From assembly GCA_042408215.1 (NCBI GenBank), contig JAYFMW010000005.1:384001-448000 (forward strand): a stretch of 64,000 nucleotides of DNA. Direction: 5' to 3'. This DNA comes from Microcoleus sp. Its GTDB lineage: Bacteria; Cyanobacteriota; Cyanobacteriia; Cyanobacteriales; Microcoleaceae. The translations under genes were made by a program, and so were the position numbers. Below the pieces are notes generated by a model. The model ran no database searches. It was given only the letters and a program-made list of their open reading frames with translations, and had not been told where the DNA came from. Shown here in pieces: positions 63,185 to 64,000 of the stretch (position 1 is its first letter; each line of letters begins with the position of its first letter).

Positions 63185-63925
63185 ATGTCTGGAATTGGAC
63201 GCATTCATTCGATCGAAACCTTTGGTACTGTTGACGGGCCAGGAATTCGCTTTATTGTCTTCACTCAGGGTTGTCCCTTACGTTGTCTATATTGTCATAA
63301 TCCTGATTGTCGCAATGCCCATGATGGCAAAGAAGTCACAGTTGACTATCTGATCGATCAGATTCAAAAATGTAAATCCTACATTCGTAAAGGCGGCGTG
63401 ACTGTCAGCGGTGGCGAACCCTTGATGCAACCGGAATTTACGAGAGAAATATTCGATCGCTGTCATCAACTAGGCTTACATACCGCCCTTGATACCTCTG
63501 GCTATTGTGCTTTAGAAGTTGCAAAACCAGTTCTAGACATGACCGATCTAGTGCTACTAGACATCAAATCTTACATTCCCGAACTCTATTACAAAGTGAC
63601 CAATGTTTCCATTGAGCCAACTTTGGCAATGGCAAAATACCTCAGCGAAATTGGCAAGCCTGTATGGATTCGGTTGGTCTTAGTTCCCCATCTCACCGAT
63701 CGTATTGACAACATCCATCAACTAGCAGATTTTATCGCTACACTCACAAATGTCGAGAGATTGGAAGTTCTACCATTTCATAAAATGGGGGAATATAAAT
63801 GGGAACAATTAGGACTGCCCTATGCCCTCAAAGACACACCACCAGCCTCTCCTGAACTCGTGCAGCAAACTGTTGATATATTTCGCGATCGCGGGATCAA
63901 GTCGGTTGGTGCGATCGCGCTATAA
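63185..63925 (+). CDS. pflA: Pyruvate formate-lyase activating enzyme (radical SAM)
   Basis: VDGPGIR, CPLRCLYCHNPD, SGGEP, LDTSG, LPFH. Confidence 0.96.
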   Translation: MSGIGRIHSIETFGTVDGPGIRFIVFTQGCPLRCLYCHNPDCRNAHDGKEVTVDYLIDQIQKCKSYIRKGGVTVSGGEPLMQPEFTREIFDRCHQLGLHTALDTSGYCALEVAKPVLDMTDLVLLDIKSYIPELYYKVTNVSIEPTLAMAKYLSEIGKPVWIRLVLVPHLTDRIDNIHQLADFIATLTNVERLEVLPFHKMGEYKWEQLGLPYALKDTPPASPELVQQTVDIFRDRGIKSVGAIAL

Positions 63926-64000
63926 ACCATGAGGAGATTTCTCAAAACAGCCAAGTAAAGCAGCTAGTGTCCTAAATTTAATCAGGCTGTCAAAAAGTGA

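Noticed and set aside
447..63469. Numerous short antisense or overlapping ORFs in the six-frame track
   Set aside because: They overlap well-supported genes on the opposite strand or frame and show no family motifs.
1..64000. tRNA or rRNA genes, and HIP1 abundance as a novelty in itself
   Set aside because: No tRNA or rRNA recognised by eye; HIP1 over-representation is a well-known cyanobacterial trait.

Overview
64 kb of a filamentous cyanobacterial chromosome (Oscillatoriales/Microcoleaceae-like, inferred from abundant HIP1 GCGATCGC sites, heptamer tandem repeats and gene content). About 1-17 kb is mostly housekeeping (dnaE 5' part, csaB, trmB, acsF, rpmF, queA, dnaG) with a small AT-rich desaturase + LysE cassette. 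About 17-29 kb carries two-component/c-di-GMP genes, two of them broken, plus an acetate-CoA ligase/GNAT gene and a type I R-M deletion scar. About 29-64 kb is an anaerobic fermentation/hydrogen cluster (hypDCFBA, hoxW, pyk, pfkA, hoxU/Y/H, nifJ, DHODH-like, hypE, pflBA) riddled with RNA-guided-nuclease mobile elements: two intact IscB+omegaRNA elements, an IS607 (tnpA+tnpB), two further full-length tnpB elements, three protein-less IS200/IS605-ended minis and several MITEs. Main observation: both IscB elements lack IS200/IS605 hairpin ends. Their ends instead align, at the same spacing, with the ends of the IS607 serine-recombinase element in this window, and all three sit at a (G/C)C|GATCGCC HIP1-like site. 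This suggests a serine-recombinase-mobilised, HIP1-targeting IscB/TnpB element family. hoxE and most of hoxF are missing from this locus and pyk is split. All product calls come from motif recognition by eye; no database search was run.
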